Shown here: positions 1 through 11,773 of the stretch, one piece after another
Layout: every line of letters begins with the position of its first letter
Position numbering within the stretch: position 1 is the first letter of the stretch
From: an uncultured Nitrospiraceae bacterium
Lineage (GTDB): Bacteria > Nitrospirota > Nitrospiria > Nitrospirales > Nitrospiraceae
NCBI GenBank assembly: GCA_963839785.1
Contig: CAWIWD010000007.1
Span: 1,643 to 65,642, forward strand
DNA: 64,000 nucleotides
Direction: 5' to 3'
The notes under the pieces: generated by a model
Told to the model about the DNA's origin: nothing
The model's input: the letters and a program-made list of their open reading frames with translations, nothing else
The model's database searches: none
Made by a program: the position numbers and the translations under genes

Positions 1-1197
1 TCGGAGACAGCCGAGGCCTGTTCGGACCGCTGCGTGGCGTTGACCCGGAGCGTCGAAAGATGTTGTTCGACCTGCTTCAGGAACGCATGTTGATTTTCAA
101 GGTTCTTGTCGAGAGTTTGGATTTGGGCCTGAACATGCGCCAGCTCGCGCGTCGTCTCATCAAGGCGGCGTTCCTGATCATCGCCACGCGACACAAACTT
201 TCCACCGGCATTTTCCAGCGCCTTCGCCACGGAGGCCACGCTACGGTTGACTTCGTTGAGGTGGTCCGCCGTGACTTTATTATCGGCGTCGATCTTCGCA
301 GCCAAGGCATCCGTGCGTCTGCTGATGGCAGTAGTGTCCTGCTCCACGGACGCGGCGAGATGCTTCACCGTTTGGTCCTGCTGCGCGACCCGCTCGCCGA
401 GGCCCCCAAGGCTTGCTTAAAATCGACCAATGCCTGATTGAGCTTGGACACTTGATCCGCGAGCGTCTTGTTTTGAGCATCCAGTTGCGCCACATTGTGC
501 GAGCGAGTTTCAAGCGCATGCGCGAGTTTCTGCTGCTCGTCCAGGCGTTTCTGCTGGTCGTCCAACCTCGAGTCGATCTTTTGCGCAAGCCCGGTCGTGG
601 TCTTTTGCACCGCGTCCAACAAGTTTTTCTGAACGGCGTCGATATGCGCGGCGACTTGATCCATGCGAGACGTCGCGGCTGCCTGTTCGGCCTTGTTCCG
701 GTCCCGTTCTCCCTTGAGCGATGGCATCCTGATTCACCAACTGCTTTTCGACCCACCCCAAACGCTTATTCTCTTCGAGCCAGGCGTTTCTCGTTTTCAG
801 CTGCCCGCTGTTCGCTGAGCTTATTCGAGTCTTGGGATGCTATTCGCCACAGGTCATCTTCGCGATGTTCCAGCTCTGCGTGCGATGGATGGCTTTATCG
901 ACGTCTCCTCGCAAGGAAGGAATGTCTTGCTCGCGCAAGGACACGATCTCCTGATTCTGTCGAGCCCGGTTCTGGGCTTGCTCTTCCGTCGTTTGCTTGA
1001 TGCGACGTTGAAGCTCGCGCTCGGTCTGCTTGAGATCGGCCTGCTGCGCTACGCAGCCCGAGAGCAGCGCAAGACCAGGTCCGACGAGCGCCAGCAGGAC
1101 AGACCGCGCGCCAGAGCCCGTGACCACCTGACCCTGCAGGGTCTATGTTCAATCGATCGCTCTTCACCTTAGCTCGAGGCCTCAATGCAGCGTCCAT
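1..1197 (-). CDS. Long coiled-coil lipoprotein of the tol-pal operon, probably CpoB/YbgF-like (frameshifted, runs off the window start)
   Basis: AAGGAG RBS before ATG 1197; lipobox-like LALLSGC in ORF 840..1127; coiled-coil fragments (365..727); directly downstream of pal. The C-terminal TPR part is not in the window. Confidence 0.6.
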
Positions 1198-1262
1198 GAC
1201 AGGTCTCCTTCAGCCTGCGCCCGTTCCGGAGAATCATGTCACATCGTCCATGATCCGAATAG

Positions 1263-2048
1263 TTATTTCGATCGGACCACCACGTGACCACGACGATTCT
1301 GCTGATAGCAACTTTCGCTGCGCTCATTGCAGAACGGTCGTTCTTTTCCATAGGACACCACGGCCAGGCGGTTAGCGCCCACGCCCAATTCGACGAGATA
1401 GTTTCTCACGGCCTTCGCGCGCTTTTCACCCAGCACCAAATTGTAGGCCAAGGTACCTCGCTCATCGCAATGACCTTCGATTTTGACCAGGGCTCCGCCA
1501 TTTCCTTTGATCCACTGCGCATCTTGCGTCAGCGATTGCCGGCCTTCCTCGGTGATGGTCCAGCTATCATAGCCAAAAAATACATCGCGCAATCCTGCCT
1601 CCGCCGACGCCGCTTGTTCTTTCGCCTGCTCGCGGCGAATGTCCTCAATCTGTCGCGCGGTGCTCTCCGACGGCTCCACCTTCGCGAGCATCGTGCCTCC
1701 GCCTCCGAGGCGTTCCTCGGATGGCGCTTTCCCGCCGGACACGGAATCAAATCCGCGCAAACCGCCGCTCTCTGGCTCATCCTGGGGTTTGCTGGAAAGG
1801 GACAAATCGGGGAAGGTGGCGCTCGGGGCGTCGAACCCATTTCCACCAGCTGACCCGGTGGATCCCATTGAACCCATCGCACTCGGAGCCGGACCGCCCG
1901 ACTTCGCCATCCCGCGATCCGAAGACTGCGCATCGCCGCCGGACTGAATCGACTTTTTCGAACAACCTCCTTGAATGACCAACAGCATCCCGACGACCAC
2001 TGTTAGGCCCATTGTCGCTACCCGTATCGTCATGTCGTTACTCCTCAT
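1263..2048 (-). CDS. pal: Peptidoglycan-associated lipoprotein Pal (OmpA-like C-terminal domain)
   Basis: Lipobox IQGGC; motifs IEGHCDERGTLAYNLVLGEKRA, SYGKERP and QNRR; follows tolB. Confidence 0.95.
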   Translation of the reverse strand: MRSNDMTIRVATMGLTVVVGMLLVIQGGCSKKSIQSGGDAQSSDRGMAKSGGPAPSAMGSMGSTGSAGGNGFDAPSATFPDLSLSSKPQDEPESGGLRGFDSVSGGKAPSEERLGGGGTMLAKVEPSESTARQIEDIRREQAKEQAASAEAGLRDVFFGYDSWTITEEGRQSLTQDAQWIKGNGGALVKIEGHCDERGTLAYNLVLGEKRAKAVRNYLVELGVGANRLAVVSYGKERPFCNERSESCYQQNRRGHVVVRSK

Positions 2049-2103
2049 GGCTGGTGAATGGTTAATAGTATCGTAGACACTGTCAAATATGTGCCCATCG
2101 CTC

Positions 2104-3436
2104 CTACAGCGCCGGGGACCATGACGGCGAGCTATTGTGAGTCCCGCCGAAGGTAATGCGCTCTAAATTCTTCCCGTCCGTATCCACCATATAGATGTGG
2201 CTTTTTCCATCGACCGTCGAACTGAACGTGATGTGTCGGCCATCGGGGGACCAGGAGGGAGAGTCATCAATCCCTGGCCCTGTGGTCACCTGAACGCGCT
2301 TTTGTCCGTCAGGCGACACGATACACAATTTGTACAACCGCTGCGAGGTCCGACAGACATAGGCAATCCAGTTTCCGCGCGGCGACCAGGTTGGGGCCGC
2401 ATTGTAATCGCCTTCATAGGTCAGTCGACGGACATTCGATCCGTCCGCGCTCATGATAAATACCTGAGGGGCGCCCCCGCGGTCGGAGGTAAACGCCATT
2501 TCACGTCCCGTAGGGGACCAGGTCGGCGACAGGTCGCCACCCTGATTCACCGTCAACCGATGCGAAGCCTTGGTCCGCGTATCGAGCTTATAGATCTCCG
2601 AATTGCCGTCCTGACTACTGGCGAACGCCAGAAAGTTGCCATCAGGCGACAGCGCGGGGGTAATATTCAGGCCCGCCATCGAAACCAGCGTCCATCGCTT
2701 GCCTGTCGCCAGCTCCAGAATGTCGATATCCTGCGTGTTCCGGCTCCGATAGGCCGTGAACACGATGAACCGGCGATCGGGCGACCAGCGCGGCATCAGG
2801 TTAAGAAAGCCGTCCGCCGTAATTTGTTTGGGCTCATACCCATCATAGTCCATCACAAAGAGCTCGCGGGCGTTCCCATGTTCAGCCACATACACAATCT
2901 TCGTGCGGGCGATGCCAGGCTCTCCCGTATAGCGAAACACTAACTCGTCGGCAAACCGGTGTGCCATCAAACGCACGACAGAGGTCGAGCCGACATAGCG
3001 TTTGCCGCCGACGACTTCGTCACTGCCGCTGTCGTAGACAAAACCATCCATCGAAAGTTCGGAATCCGCGTTGCCACCCTTCGGGCCAGACTTTCCCCAC
3101 ACCAAGACCGAGACGCCATTCTCGGCCGCTTGCTTGAAGACAGCCTTATCGGCGGTGGTGACTTCACGCGCCTTCACCCCGATCCCCGGCAGATCCACCA
3201 ACGAAAAGACCAGCGATCGTTGCAAATCGGCCTTCAGGACCTCTTCAATACGCCCGCCCAACCATTCCGGCCCTCCGCCGTTCTGAAAGCCGAAGACGCC
3301 GATCGGAATTTTCTGAAAGTCCGGCCGCGTGGCTTCGAGGAATACATCTGTCGCGCGGGAATCAAGAATGCCGAACAGCCCGGCTCCCACCACGACACAG
3401 AGCGCTAACATAAGACCCGATGATGATTCGATTCAT
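2104..3436 (-). CDS. tolB: Tol-Pal beta-propeller protein TolB (frameshift near start)
   Basis: AHRFADE motif and repeated PxWSPDG units; ATG 3436 overlaps the stop of the upstream TolA-like gene. Confidence 0.93.
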
Positions 3437-4666
3437 CCTGCTGCCTCGCCTACGGAAAAAGTAAAATGTGCGTCGAAATAAGAATCGGTCAGATCGGGAG
3501 GAAAGGGCGGCAGCGGACACGGCGCTCTGCACGGCTCGCTTCGCGGCCATATCGTAGTAGGCGTTCCCTGAGGACTGTTCGATCACCACGCTACTCGAGC
3601 GTCCATCCCGCTCCAACCGAAATCTCACCATCACCGTCAAGGCCTTCCTGAAATATCGACCGGTGGCGCTGTCCAAAATCCGCTGATTCTCGCTTGAACG
3701 CGGAGCCAAATACGGGTTCGACCCGGTCATGCCCGGCTATCTGCAATCGGGTCTCAGGTTTAGGTCCGAGCGATGCTCGCGGTCATCGAAGGCGTGCTCG
3801 CGGCGGGCTGGGGCTCGCGAAACATCGGTTTGACCTCCCGCGCCGGTTCGGAATACTTCACGGGCGGAGGCGTCTGGAACTTCTTCAAGTCTTGCAATTC
3901 CCGGTCGAGATCGCTGTTCATTTCTTCCGACAACGACGGGTGTTTCGGCGGAACCACGGTCGGTTTCGGAGCGACTGGAGGGGCCTCGACGGGCACCGGC
4001 GCAGCAGCCATGTCAGGAACTTTAAGTCTTTTCAGCATGGCGTCGAAGTCCGACCGTCTCTGGCGTACGTTCCGGTCTCGGCTGGGCAGCTCGTTTCACC
4101 TCGGCCGGCTTCATAGGTGCGAGATCACCATATTGCGGAGCATCCGGCGGCAACTCGATATCTTTCATCACATCCCGAAGCACATCCGCGCGATTCGTGA
4201 TAGGCGCAGAAGAGGGCGACTTCGCCGCCTGGGGAATAGGCTGCGGGGCAGTCAAAGTTGGAGCGGGCAAGCGAGGCGCCGGCACAGGGGCGGGAGCGGG
4301 AGGAGGGGGTACGGGCCGCACGGTGGGAGCAGCCTGAACGGGTGGAGGTGACGGCGCCTGCATCGGCTTAGGAGGTACGGGAATTGGAGCCGATTGAACT
4401 GGCTTCGGTGTCGGCCGCGGAACCACCTTCTCAATCTTTGGCTCCGGCTTCGGATCTATGGAGGACAAACTCACCAGGGACACTTCCACCGCTGACATCG
4501 GACGTTCGGTTTTTTTGAATAACTTCGCGCCCATAATCATGGCCAGAAGACAGAGATGCAGGACCAGAGATATGACGACCGTCTTACGGAGACGGCCGCT
4601 CCCGGCTTCGACCAGATTCCCGATCAGGAACAACGAATTATGTCTTGGCAGGGCTTGGAACGTCAT
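3433..4666 (-). CDS. TolA/TonB-family protein (multiple frameshifts)
   Basis: N-terminal TM helix SLVLHL; Pro-rich linker; TonB C-terminal SSGNAYYDMAAKRAV ... LPPFP; lies between tolR and tolB. Confidence 0.8.
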
Positions 4667-4707
4667 GACTTGCGATATGATCGTGCGGCGCGCGAGCCGC
4701 GTCGCCG

Positions 4708-5164
4708 CTACTTTTTGCGTGGTTGCGCGGGGGTCGTGACCGACTCACTCACGCGCTCGGCACCCGTGGGCTCCGTCACCATGCCGAGCTTTTCAATCCC
4801 GGCTTTTTTAACACTATCCATGACCTGCACGACGATGCCGTACGGCACATCCCGGTCCGCGCGCAGATAGAGTGACACCTCTGCGCTCTGATCCTTTAAT
4901 GCCCGCAAGCTTCCGTTCGAGCTGGACGACACTGACCAGGTCCTTATCCAAATACAATCGCTGATCGCGCTCAATGGACAAAACAGCTCTGGCTTCGGGC
5001 TTAATCGTATTGCTGGCGGATTTCGGAAGATTGATGTCCATCCCGCGATACAACATCGGGGCGGTCACCATAAAAATGATGAGCAACACCAATACGACGT
5101 CCACCAACGGAATCACATTGATCTCCGCCATGAACCGCCGATGGCGCGTCTCCGACATCATCAC
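4708..5164 (-). CDS. tolR: TolR/ExbD biopolymer transport protein (frameshifted)
   Basis: [23 protein letters not shown] in ORF 4814..5164 and [17 protein letters not shown] in ORF 4708..4974. Confidence 0.9.
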
Positions 5165-5879
5165 TGCACCCCGACCGCTGTCTGCTTGAGTCGAGTCTGC
5201 AACGAGCGCATCGCCTCCACCGTGAAGGATTCGATCCGAAACACCGTTTTGCGAATACGTGTGAGATAATAATTGTAAAAGATGACCGCAGGAATGGCGG
5301 TAAACAATCCGGCAGCCGTGGCCACTAACGCCTCCGACACGCCTGGCGCCACCGCCGCAATACTCGCCGTTCCTTGCAATCCGATTTCGCGGAACGAATC
5401 GATAATGCCCAGCACGGTCCCCAGCAAGCCGATAAACGGAGTGATATTTCCCGTAGTCGCGAGCACAGGTAAATAGGATTCCAGCTGCGACACTTGATTC
5501 TGCACCAGATAGGCGACGGTCTTATCCATATATTGATGATCGATGGTCGACGCCTGATCCTTCGATGCGCCCGCCTGCTGGGAAAGGTCATCGCCCCGTC
5601 CCCGGAGACCGTCAAGACACGATCCATAATGCCCTGAAATACGCGCGCGCTCGGACTGCCTTCGGCGCGTTTCGACTGACGATATAATTCGTCCAGATCG
5701 CGGATCTTCGTAAAGGCGCTGAAGAACCGTTGGTCTTCGCGATCGGCTGCCTTGAAACTCCGCCACTTATAGAAGATCACGCCCCACGAAATGATCGAGG
5801 CGGCGAAGAGGAGCAGCAGCACAATTTTCGACACGGCCCCCAGTGATCCCACTAACCCCGACACGCCTGATTGGAACAT
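5161..5879 (-). CDS. tolQ: TolQ (MotA/TolQ/ExbB proton channel family), frameshifted
   Basis: [14 protein letters not shown] and [22 protein letters not shown] motifs; N-terminal TM segment in ORF 5325..5879. Confidence 0.9.
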
Positions 5880-5951
5880 GCGCCTAGACCTTTCCCTTCA
5901 CACGGCGTCGCCTGAGAACGATAGCATGGAATGTACCAAAAGCTGGGGGAA

Positions 5952-6030
5952 TGGCGGGGCCGACGGGATTTGAACCCGCGACCTCCAGATTGACAATCTG
6001 GCGTCCTAAACCAGGCTGAACGACGGCCCC
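5952..6030 (-). tRNA. tRNA-Asp(GTC)
   Basis: Reverse complement GGGGCCGTCGTTCAGCCTGG...CCAGA-TTGTCAA-TCTGG...GGTTCAAATCCC...GGCCCCGCCA folds as a cloverleaf with encoded CCA. Confidence 0.97.
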
Positions 6031-6163
6031 ACACAACCCAAGATGGCGGAAGAAGATTCGGAGTCTCAAGAATCTAACTGGCTAAATACGGTAGAGTGCT
6101 CACTTGTACATCACTACTAATGGATAAGGCAATGCCTTGCAGCCAGTTCCCGGTATTTCTTAT

Positions 6164-6239
6164 TGGTAGGCGGAACAGGGATCGAACCTGTGACCTCTGC
6201 CTTGTAAGGGCAGCGCTCTCCCAATTGAGCTATCCGCCC
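6164..6239 (-). tRNA. tRNA-Val(TAC)
   Basis: Reverse complement GGGCGGATAGCTCAATTGGGAGAGCG-CTGCC-CTTACAA-GGCAG-AGGTCACAGGTTCGATCCCTGTTCCGCCTACCA. Confidence 0.97.
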
Positions 6240-6269
6240 GTTTTTTCTCGCTCCCGGCAGATTTTTGGG

Positions 6270-6298
6270 ATGCTATCAACTCCATAAAGGACTGTCAA
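6270..6298 (-). promoter_or_regulatory. Sigma70 promoter of the tRNA-Val/tRNA-Asp operon
   Basis: TTGACA-17 nt-TAGCAT on the minus strand about 30 nt upstream of tRNA-Val. Confidence 0.7.
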
Positions 6299-6362
6299 CA
6301 TAGAATCGTGTACCGAAGGCGAGCGTCACCGTCGATGAATGAGCCGGCAGCACAGTCATCGC

Positions 6363-7314
6363 TCACGGACGGGACTTGTTGCGTGGAAAACACGCAGTGT
6401 GTACTTTTTTTAACTGCAATGAGTCCACATGCGTATAAATTTGCGTCGTCGCAATGTCCACGTGTCCCAACATCGCTTGGACGGATCGCAAATCCGCGCC
6501 CCCTTGCAACAGATGGGTGGCAAATGAATGGCGCAGCATGTGCGGCGAAGGAATTTTGGCGATTCCAGCTCGTTGACCGCGGGCGCGGAGGAGTTTCCAG
6601 AATCCCTGCCTGGTGATCGGTGCGCCGCGGCGTGTCACAAAAACGAATGGTGAACTCCGTTGCTTTAAGAGGACCGGTCGCGCACTCAGCACATACTCCT
6701 GCATGAGCTTGACTGCAGGGCGGCCGATAGGGACCACCCGCTGTTTGTCCCCTTTGCCCGTGATGCCGACATACCCGACTTCGAGATTGCACTGATCGAT
6801 TCGAAGGAAGATCAATTCGGACACCCGCAAGCCCGCCGCATAGAGCACTTCTACCATCGCGCCGATCGCGCCGATCCTCCGGCGTCGGACGAGGCGGCAC
6901 CTCCAAGAGACGCGTCACATCTTCGAGGCTGAGGGTTTTAGGCAGCCGCCGCGCGCGCGAAGTGCTGCGTAAACTCACCGTCGGATTCACCAAGACCTTT
7001 CCCTCCTGCTTCAGGAAGCGAAAGAGACTTCGAACCGCTGCCAGCGATCGGGCGCGGGACGAAGAGGCCAGTCCGGATCGATGCAGATGTTCTAAAAATT
7101 CGGAGAGCAGCGGCGGTGTTACGGCGCGCGCATCCTGCACATCATGATCGCGAAGATACCGCTGAAAGGTGCCGATGTCCCGCTGATACGCTAGCACCGT
7201 ATTGCGCGACAACCCGCGAGCAATCCGCAAATGGTCCCAGTACCGTTCTATAAATTCCCCCATCGGAAGCGGATCCGACGGGGGTGACGTCCACTTTCTG
7301 GGATCACGGTTCAT
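6363..7314 (-). CDS. xerD: Site-specific tyrosine recombinase XerD (frameshift near 6860)
   Basis: LSRNTVLAYQRD; LYAAGLRVSEL; GKGDKQR; TRQGFWK; SPHMLRHSFATHLLQGGADLRSVQAMLGH...TTQIYTHV. Confidence 0.9.
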
Positions 7315-7405
7315 CGTCAGGATGCTCACCGGTGGCGGCCATGGCATGCGGAGGCGACTATATCCAAGCCATCGCATGAACACAACGCATCCTCCGCGAC
7401 TTGCC

Positions 7406-7434
7406 TTGACACCCCTGACCCTGTTTCCTATAGT
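7406..7434 (+). promoter_or_regulatory. Sigma70 promoter of the LpoA-like gene
   Basis: TTGACA (7406-7411), 17 nt spacer, TATAGT (7429-7434); AGGAG RBS before ATG 7477. Confidence 0.7.
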
Positions 7435-7476
7435 AGCCTCAATCGCGGCGACACTGTCCGCCATGCCCAGGAGTTA

Positions 7477-9475
7477 ATGGTTTTTCGATCAGCATCCCGA
7501 GCCTCGCTGCTCCGTGCGTGCGCCGTCGCCCTGACGGTGGCGTGCCTTGCGGGCCTCGTCACATCCAGCGATGCAGCTCCGGCACCCAAAGCTCCACCAG
7601 CGCCCCGTTCCGGACAGACCAAATCACCAACCAGCACCGGCCAGGCCGCGCTCGATCAAGCTAAACGCCTGATCGATGCCGAGCAACCTGAGGCGGCCGC
7701 GGTCATGCTGCGACGATTTATTGAAGGCGGCCCGCCGCCGGAACTCGTGGATGATGGCTATCTTTTGATGGCCGCCGCCATGTTCGGGATGAAGGAGCAG
7801 GCAGAGACAATCCGTTATATCAATCAGCTGATCGGGGAGTTTCCCACGTCGGAACTGATCGATCGAGCGAAACTTCTTCTCGCCAGAACCCATGCCCGGG
7901 CCGGCAATCTCGATTTAGCGCTCCCCCTGCTTTCCGAAATCCGCAGCCTCTCCGCCGATCCCAACACCAAACGGGAGGCCCTGCGACTGACGGGAGAATT
8001 CCAGGCGCAGAAGAAAGATTTCACTCGAGCGATTCAAGCGTGGCTAGACGAGCTCCCTTTGGACAGCGGGGAACAGGCGCGCGAAACCGAGTCCCAGATT
8101 CGAGAACTGGTTAATGAAAAGTTGGATGTCGCGGCGCTCACGCGAGTGCGTGAAGCCTACCCGAAAACATTCCCGGGAGATTTAGCCTCTATCAAGCTGA
8201 TCGAACTCCACCACGCCGCCGGCGACGATCATCTCGTCGAGCGGGATCTGCGATTGTTCTTAAGCCGCTTCCCCTACCACTCGTATACCGGCAAAGCCGC
8301 CGATCTACAAGCGGCGATGCGAACGAAGTTTAAGTCCCACCCCTACTCCATCGCCGCCATTTTTCCCATGTCTGGCAAGCTGGCGCCGTTCGGTACCGAG
8401 GTGCTGAACGGAATTCAACTCGCATTAGAGCGATCGAAGGACAGGAGAGGGCGTCCCATCGGTCGGCCTCATCGTCAAGGATATGGAATCCGAACGCGCA
8501 GCCTTTCTGGACGAACTGTCCACCTTGTTGATGGACGATCGTCCCCTTGCGGTCATCGGCCCATTACTGTCGAAAAATCTCCCGGTGATGGCTGAGCTGG
8601 CTGAACGGACTCATATCCCGCTCATCACGCCCAGCGCGACCGTGACCAACCCTCGACGACTCGGCAATTACGTCTTCAGCACAGCCCTCACATACGGTCA
8701 GCAGGCCAAGCGTCTGGCGGACTATGCGGTCCGTGATCAGCACTATAAGCGACTGGTGATTCTCTATCCCGATACAGCCTACGGCCGCGAGCTGACACGC
8801 CTCTTCACGCAAGAAATCCGCCAGCAGGATGGAGAAATCATCGCCACCGAAGTGTACAAAGAAGGCGATACAGACTTCCGCGCCGTGATCGCCAGGTTGA
8901 AGGCCGAGGATCTGAAGAAATACGGCCTCGAAGTGCCAGTTGCCAATGATCCGGCAAAACCCGCTCCACAAAAGGGGGGCAAGAAAACCAAGCGTATCCT
9001 CTATTCACCGGGATTCGACGCGGTCTTCATCCCCGGGCGCTCGCTGGATGTGGGCCTTCTCGCGGCCCAGCTGGCCTTCCACGATATCGCCGTTCCTCTC
9101 CTTGGCGCCAATGGGTGGAACACGCCCGACTTCGCGCGAGTCGCTGACCGCAGCAGTGAGGGCAGCGTCTTTGTCGACGGGTTTTTTGCCGACAGCTCCA
9201 GTCCGGTCGTGCAGGAATTCGTGGAGCGGTATCGCAAACGATTTCAAGCCACGCCTTCGCTGTTCGCCGCGCAAGGGTATGACGCCGCGAGAATGGCAGT
9301 GGAAGCGATCAAGCGTGGCGCGACCACCGGCGAAGCCGTCCGCGACTATTTAATGATGCAGCATGATCTTCCGGCATTGAGCGGTCCCAGCTCATTTAAC
9401 CCTGACGGCACCCTGAATCGCCGAGTGTTACTCATTCAGGTCAAACAAGGTAAATTCGTCTGGCTGGACCAATAG
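7477..9475 (+). CDS. Penicillin-binding protein activator LpoA/LppC-like protein (TPR plus periplasmic-binding-protein domain), frameshift near 8450
   Basis: Signal peptide, TPR-like helices, then IAAIFPMSGKLAPFG, VIGPLLS, ILYPDTAYG, FDAVFIP and AAQGYDA typical of type I PBP-fold LppC domains. Confidence 0.75.
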
Positions 9476-9568
9476 CACACACCTCAGACACCCGATCGGT
9501 AGCGGTAAAAGGAATATCGACTCACGACGGCCGCTGGATGGCCATCGCCAGAAAACAGGAGTGACTGC

Positions 9569-10558
9569 ATGACGACGGGTCGAAAGCGGGTACTCAGCGG
9601 AATGCAGCCGAGCGGCCTGCTCCATCTTGGCAACTGGCTAGGAGCGCTGGAAAATTGGAACAAGCTGCAGGAGGAATACGAGTGTTTCTTCTTCGTCGCC
9701 GATTGGCACGCGCTGTCTTCCAATTACGCCGACACCAGTCGGATCCGGGAGTTTGTGCGGGAATTGCTCATCGACTGGCTTGCAGCCGGCATCGACCCGA
9801 AGCGCGCCACGGTGTTCGTCCAGTCGCAAGTGCCGGACCACGCGATCCTGCATTTGCTGTTCTCGATGATCATTCCGGTATCGTGGCTGGAACGCAATCC
9901 CACCTATAAGGAAAAGCAGGAGGAAATCAAGGAACGCGACCTCAGCACCTATGGCTTTCTTGGGTACCCTGTCCTGCAGGCCGCGGATATTCTGCTTTAT
10001 AAGCCTAATTTTGTGCCGGTCGGCAAAGACCAACTCCCGCATCTGGAGCTCACCCGCGAGCTCGCGCGCCGATTCAATAATCTCTATCGCCCGGTGTTTC
10101 CAGATCCGCAGGAACACCTCACCAAGTTCCCGAAAGTCCTGGGCACGGATGGACGCAAAATGAGCAAGAGTTATGGCAATGCCATCAATCTGTCCGATAC
10201 AGAACCGGTCGTACGGCAGAAACTCAAGACGATGATCACGGATCCGGCCCGCGTGCGCCGCACCGATCCGGGTAATCCTGACGTCTGCCCCGTCTATGAT
10301 TTTCACAAGATATTTTCGCCGCTGCCAGTCATCGAGCAGGTCAATCGAGACTGTCGCACGGCTGCCATCGGTTGTATCGACTGCAAAAAGTTGGTGGCAG
10401 ACCGAGTGGTCGAACGTCTCGCGCCCATGTGGGAAGCCCGCGCCACGCTCACCCAGAACCCCGCGCATCTGAATGATATCGTCGAAGATGGCCGCCGCCG
10501 AGCCAGCGCTGTCGCGGCCAGCACCATGGCCGAAGTGCACGACGCGATGAAGATATAG
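9569..10558 (+). CDS. trpS: Tryptophan--tRNA ligase
   Basis: SGMQPSGLLHLGN (HIGH-like), YPVLQAADIL, VPVGKDQ, KMSKS. Confidence 0.98.
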   Translation: MTTGRKRVLSGMQPSGLLHLGNWLGALENWNKLQEEYECFFFVADWHALSSNYADTSRIREFVRELLIDWLAAGIDPKRATVFVQSQVPDHAILHLLFSMIIPVSWLERNPTYKEKQEEIKERDLSTYGFLGYPVLQAADILLYKPNFVPVGKDQLPHLELTRELARRFNNLYRPVFPDPQEHLTKFPKVLGTDGRKMSKSYGNAINLSDTEPVVRQKLKTMITDPARVRRTDPGNPDVCPVYDFHKIFSPLPVIEQVNRDCRTAAIGCIDCKKLVADRVVERLAPMWEARATLTQNPAHLNDIVEDGRRRASAVAASTMAEVHDAMKI

Positions 10559-10744
10559 CCCCAGCGTTCCACATCGTGAATCAGCCAGCGCTGGTAATCA
10601 CGGCTCCGCCTCACAGTCCTCAGTGGCCGCCTGTTCATGAGCCTGCAGGCAGGAACTCTGGCTACAGATTTATGCCATCTTGAGCGACAAGCCAGCGGAC
10701 GCGAGGGGCAAGAGGCCGCATCGCAGTCATGTCAGGGAGAGAGA

Positions 10745-11068
10745 TTAGACAGGGGTCGCGAGCTTGCGCCACACGTCGGTGAGCTGGCGCTGGACCGGGC
10801 CACGAATCTTGGTGAAGGATAGGCCGAAGGCATTCGGTTGACACCAGCGCACGGTGGCGCCATCAATCAAAATGGGGTTCGCGTCATCGCCAGGAAAGAT
10901 GCACAGTTCTACTTCAGCTCCAGGTAACACTGAGATGGAGCTCAGAATACGACAGCCGCCTGGAGACAAATCGGTCAAATCACCGTCCCCGGCCAGCATC
11001 TTGCCCTTCATCGAAAAATGGCTGCGGAACTGAACCCGGACCCGCTCATGTTTTCGTTTATTTTTCAT
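10745..11068 (-). CDS. Single-domain PilZ protein (c-di-GMP receptor)
   Basis: RKHER (RxxxR) and DLSPGG (DxSxxG) motifs; VRW...FGLSF. Confidence 0.85.
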   Translation of the reverse strand: MKNKRKHERVRVQFRSHFSMKGKMLAGDGDLTDLSPGGCRILSSISVLPGAEVELCIFPGDDANPILIDGATVRWCQPNAFGLSFTKIRGPVQRQLTDVWRKLATPV

Positions 11069-11221
11069 GCCGTGACATTCACTCCTCGTACTCGCGACCA
11101 TGCGATACCGCGTCTCATGCGTACGATAGGTCAAAATCCTACAAAACGCTAGAATTCACCGCTTCCTCGCGGCAAACCGCCAGCAAGCATTACAGCAGAG
11201 ATACGCCGCTCAGAAAACCGC

Positions 11222-11728
11222 CTATAGAGTTTGCGGCTTCGAGCCTGGAATCGACATGCCTGCAGCATCCAGCATCGCTCGGTCCACAAGAATGGGGGCC
11301 TTGAAGTGAATGGCCAAGGCGATGGAGTCTGAGGATCGGCTATCAAAGACTTTTTCCTGCCCCTGAAACGCAATCGCCAAACTGCCGTAATAGGTTCCGG
11401 CCTTGAGCGTAATGACCGTCTTCGTCACACGGCCGCCGAGTGTCTCGATAATGGTATGCATGAGATCATGCGACAGAGGGCGGGGCAACTTCTCGCCCGT
11501 CAGGGCACCCTGAATCGAGGCCGCCACCGTGTGGTCGACAAAGATAGGGATCGTTTTGCCTTCCGCCGAGAGCAACACCACCGGGCCATGGTCGGAAACC
11601 CGGACTCGCACGTCCCCGATCGTCACGAGGGGGCCATTTTCACTGTCTTCGCCTAGAGCCGACGCAGGCAAAGCCACCAGTAATGAGAGGAGCGGAACAA
11701 CCAACCACCGCCGTGTCATCGCGCTCAT
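11222..11728 (-). CDS. Bifunctional nuclease family protein (DUF151) with N-terminal signal peptide
   Basis: PIFV, PRPLSHDL, GTYYGSL, DSRSSDSIALA motifs; hydrophobic leader ending ASA. Confidence 0.85.
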   Translation of the reverse strand: MSAMTRRWLVVPLLSLLVALPASALGEDSENGPLVTIGDVRVRVSDHGPVVLLSAEGKTIPIFVDHTVAASIQGALTGEKLPRPLSHDLMHTIIETLGGRVTKTVITLKAGTYYGSLAIAFQGQEKVFDSRSSDSIALAIHFKAPILVDRAMLDAAGMSIPGSKPQTL

Positions 11729-11773
11729 GGTGTCCTCCTATGATGGCGTCCGCTCCGTGAGGCAGCTGGCAGC

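Noticed and set aside
2060-2090. TTGACA and TACTAT upstream of pal as a sigma70 promoter
   Set aside because: The spacer is only 10 nt.
5952-7314. Tyrosine recombinase next to tRNA genes as a prophage or island integrase
   Set aside because: Motifs match housekeeping XerD, I saw no duplicated tRNA 3' end, and the flanks are core genes.
9638-10540. Long antisense ORFs (also 24062..25243, 34989..36452, 55487..56509)
   Set aside because: They are shadows of real genes on the opposite strand in GC-rich DNA, with no recognisable motifs.
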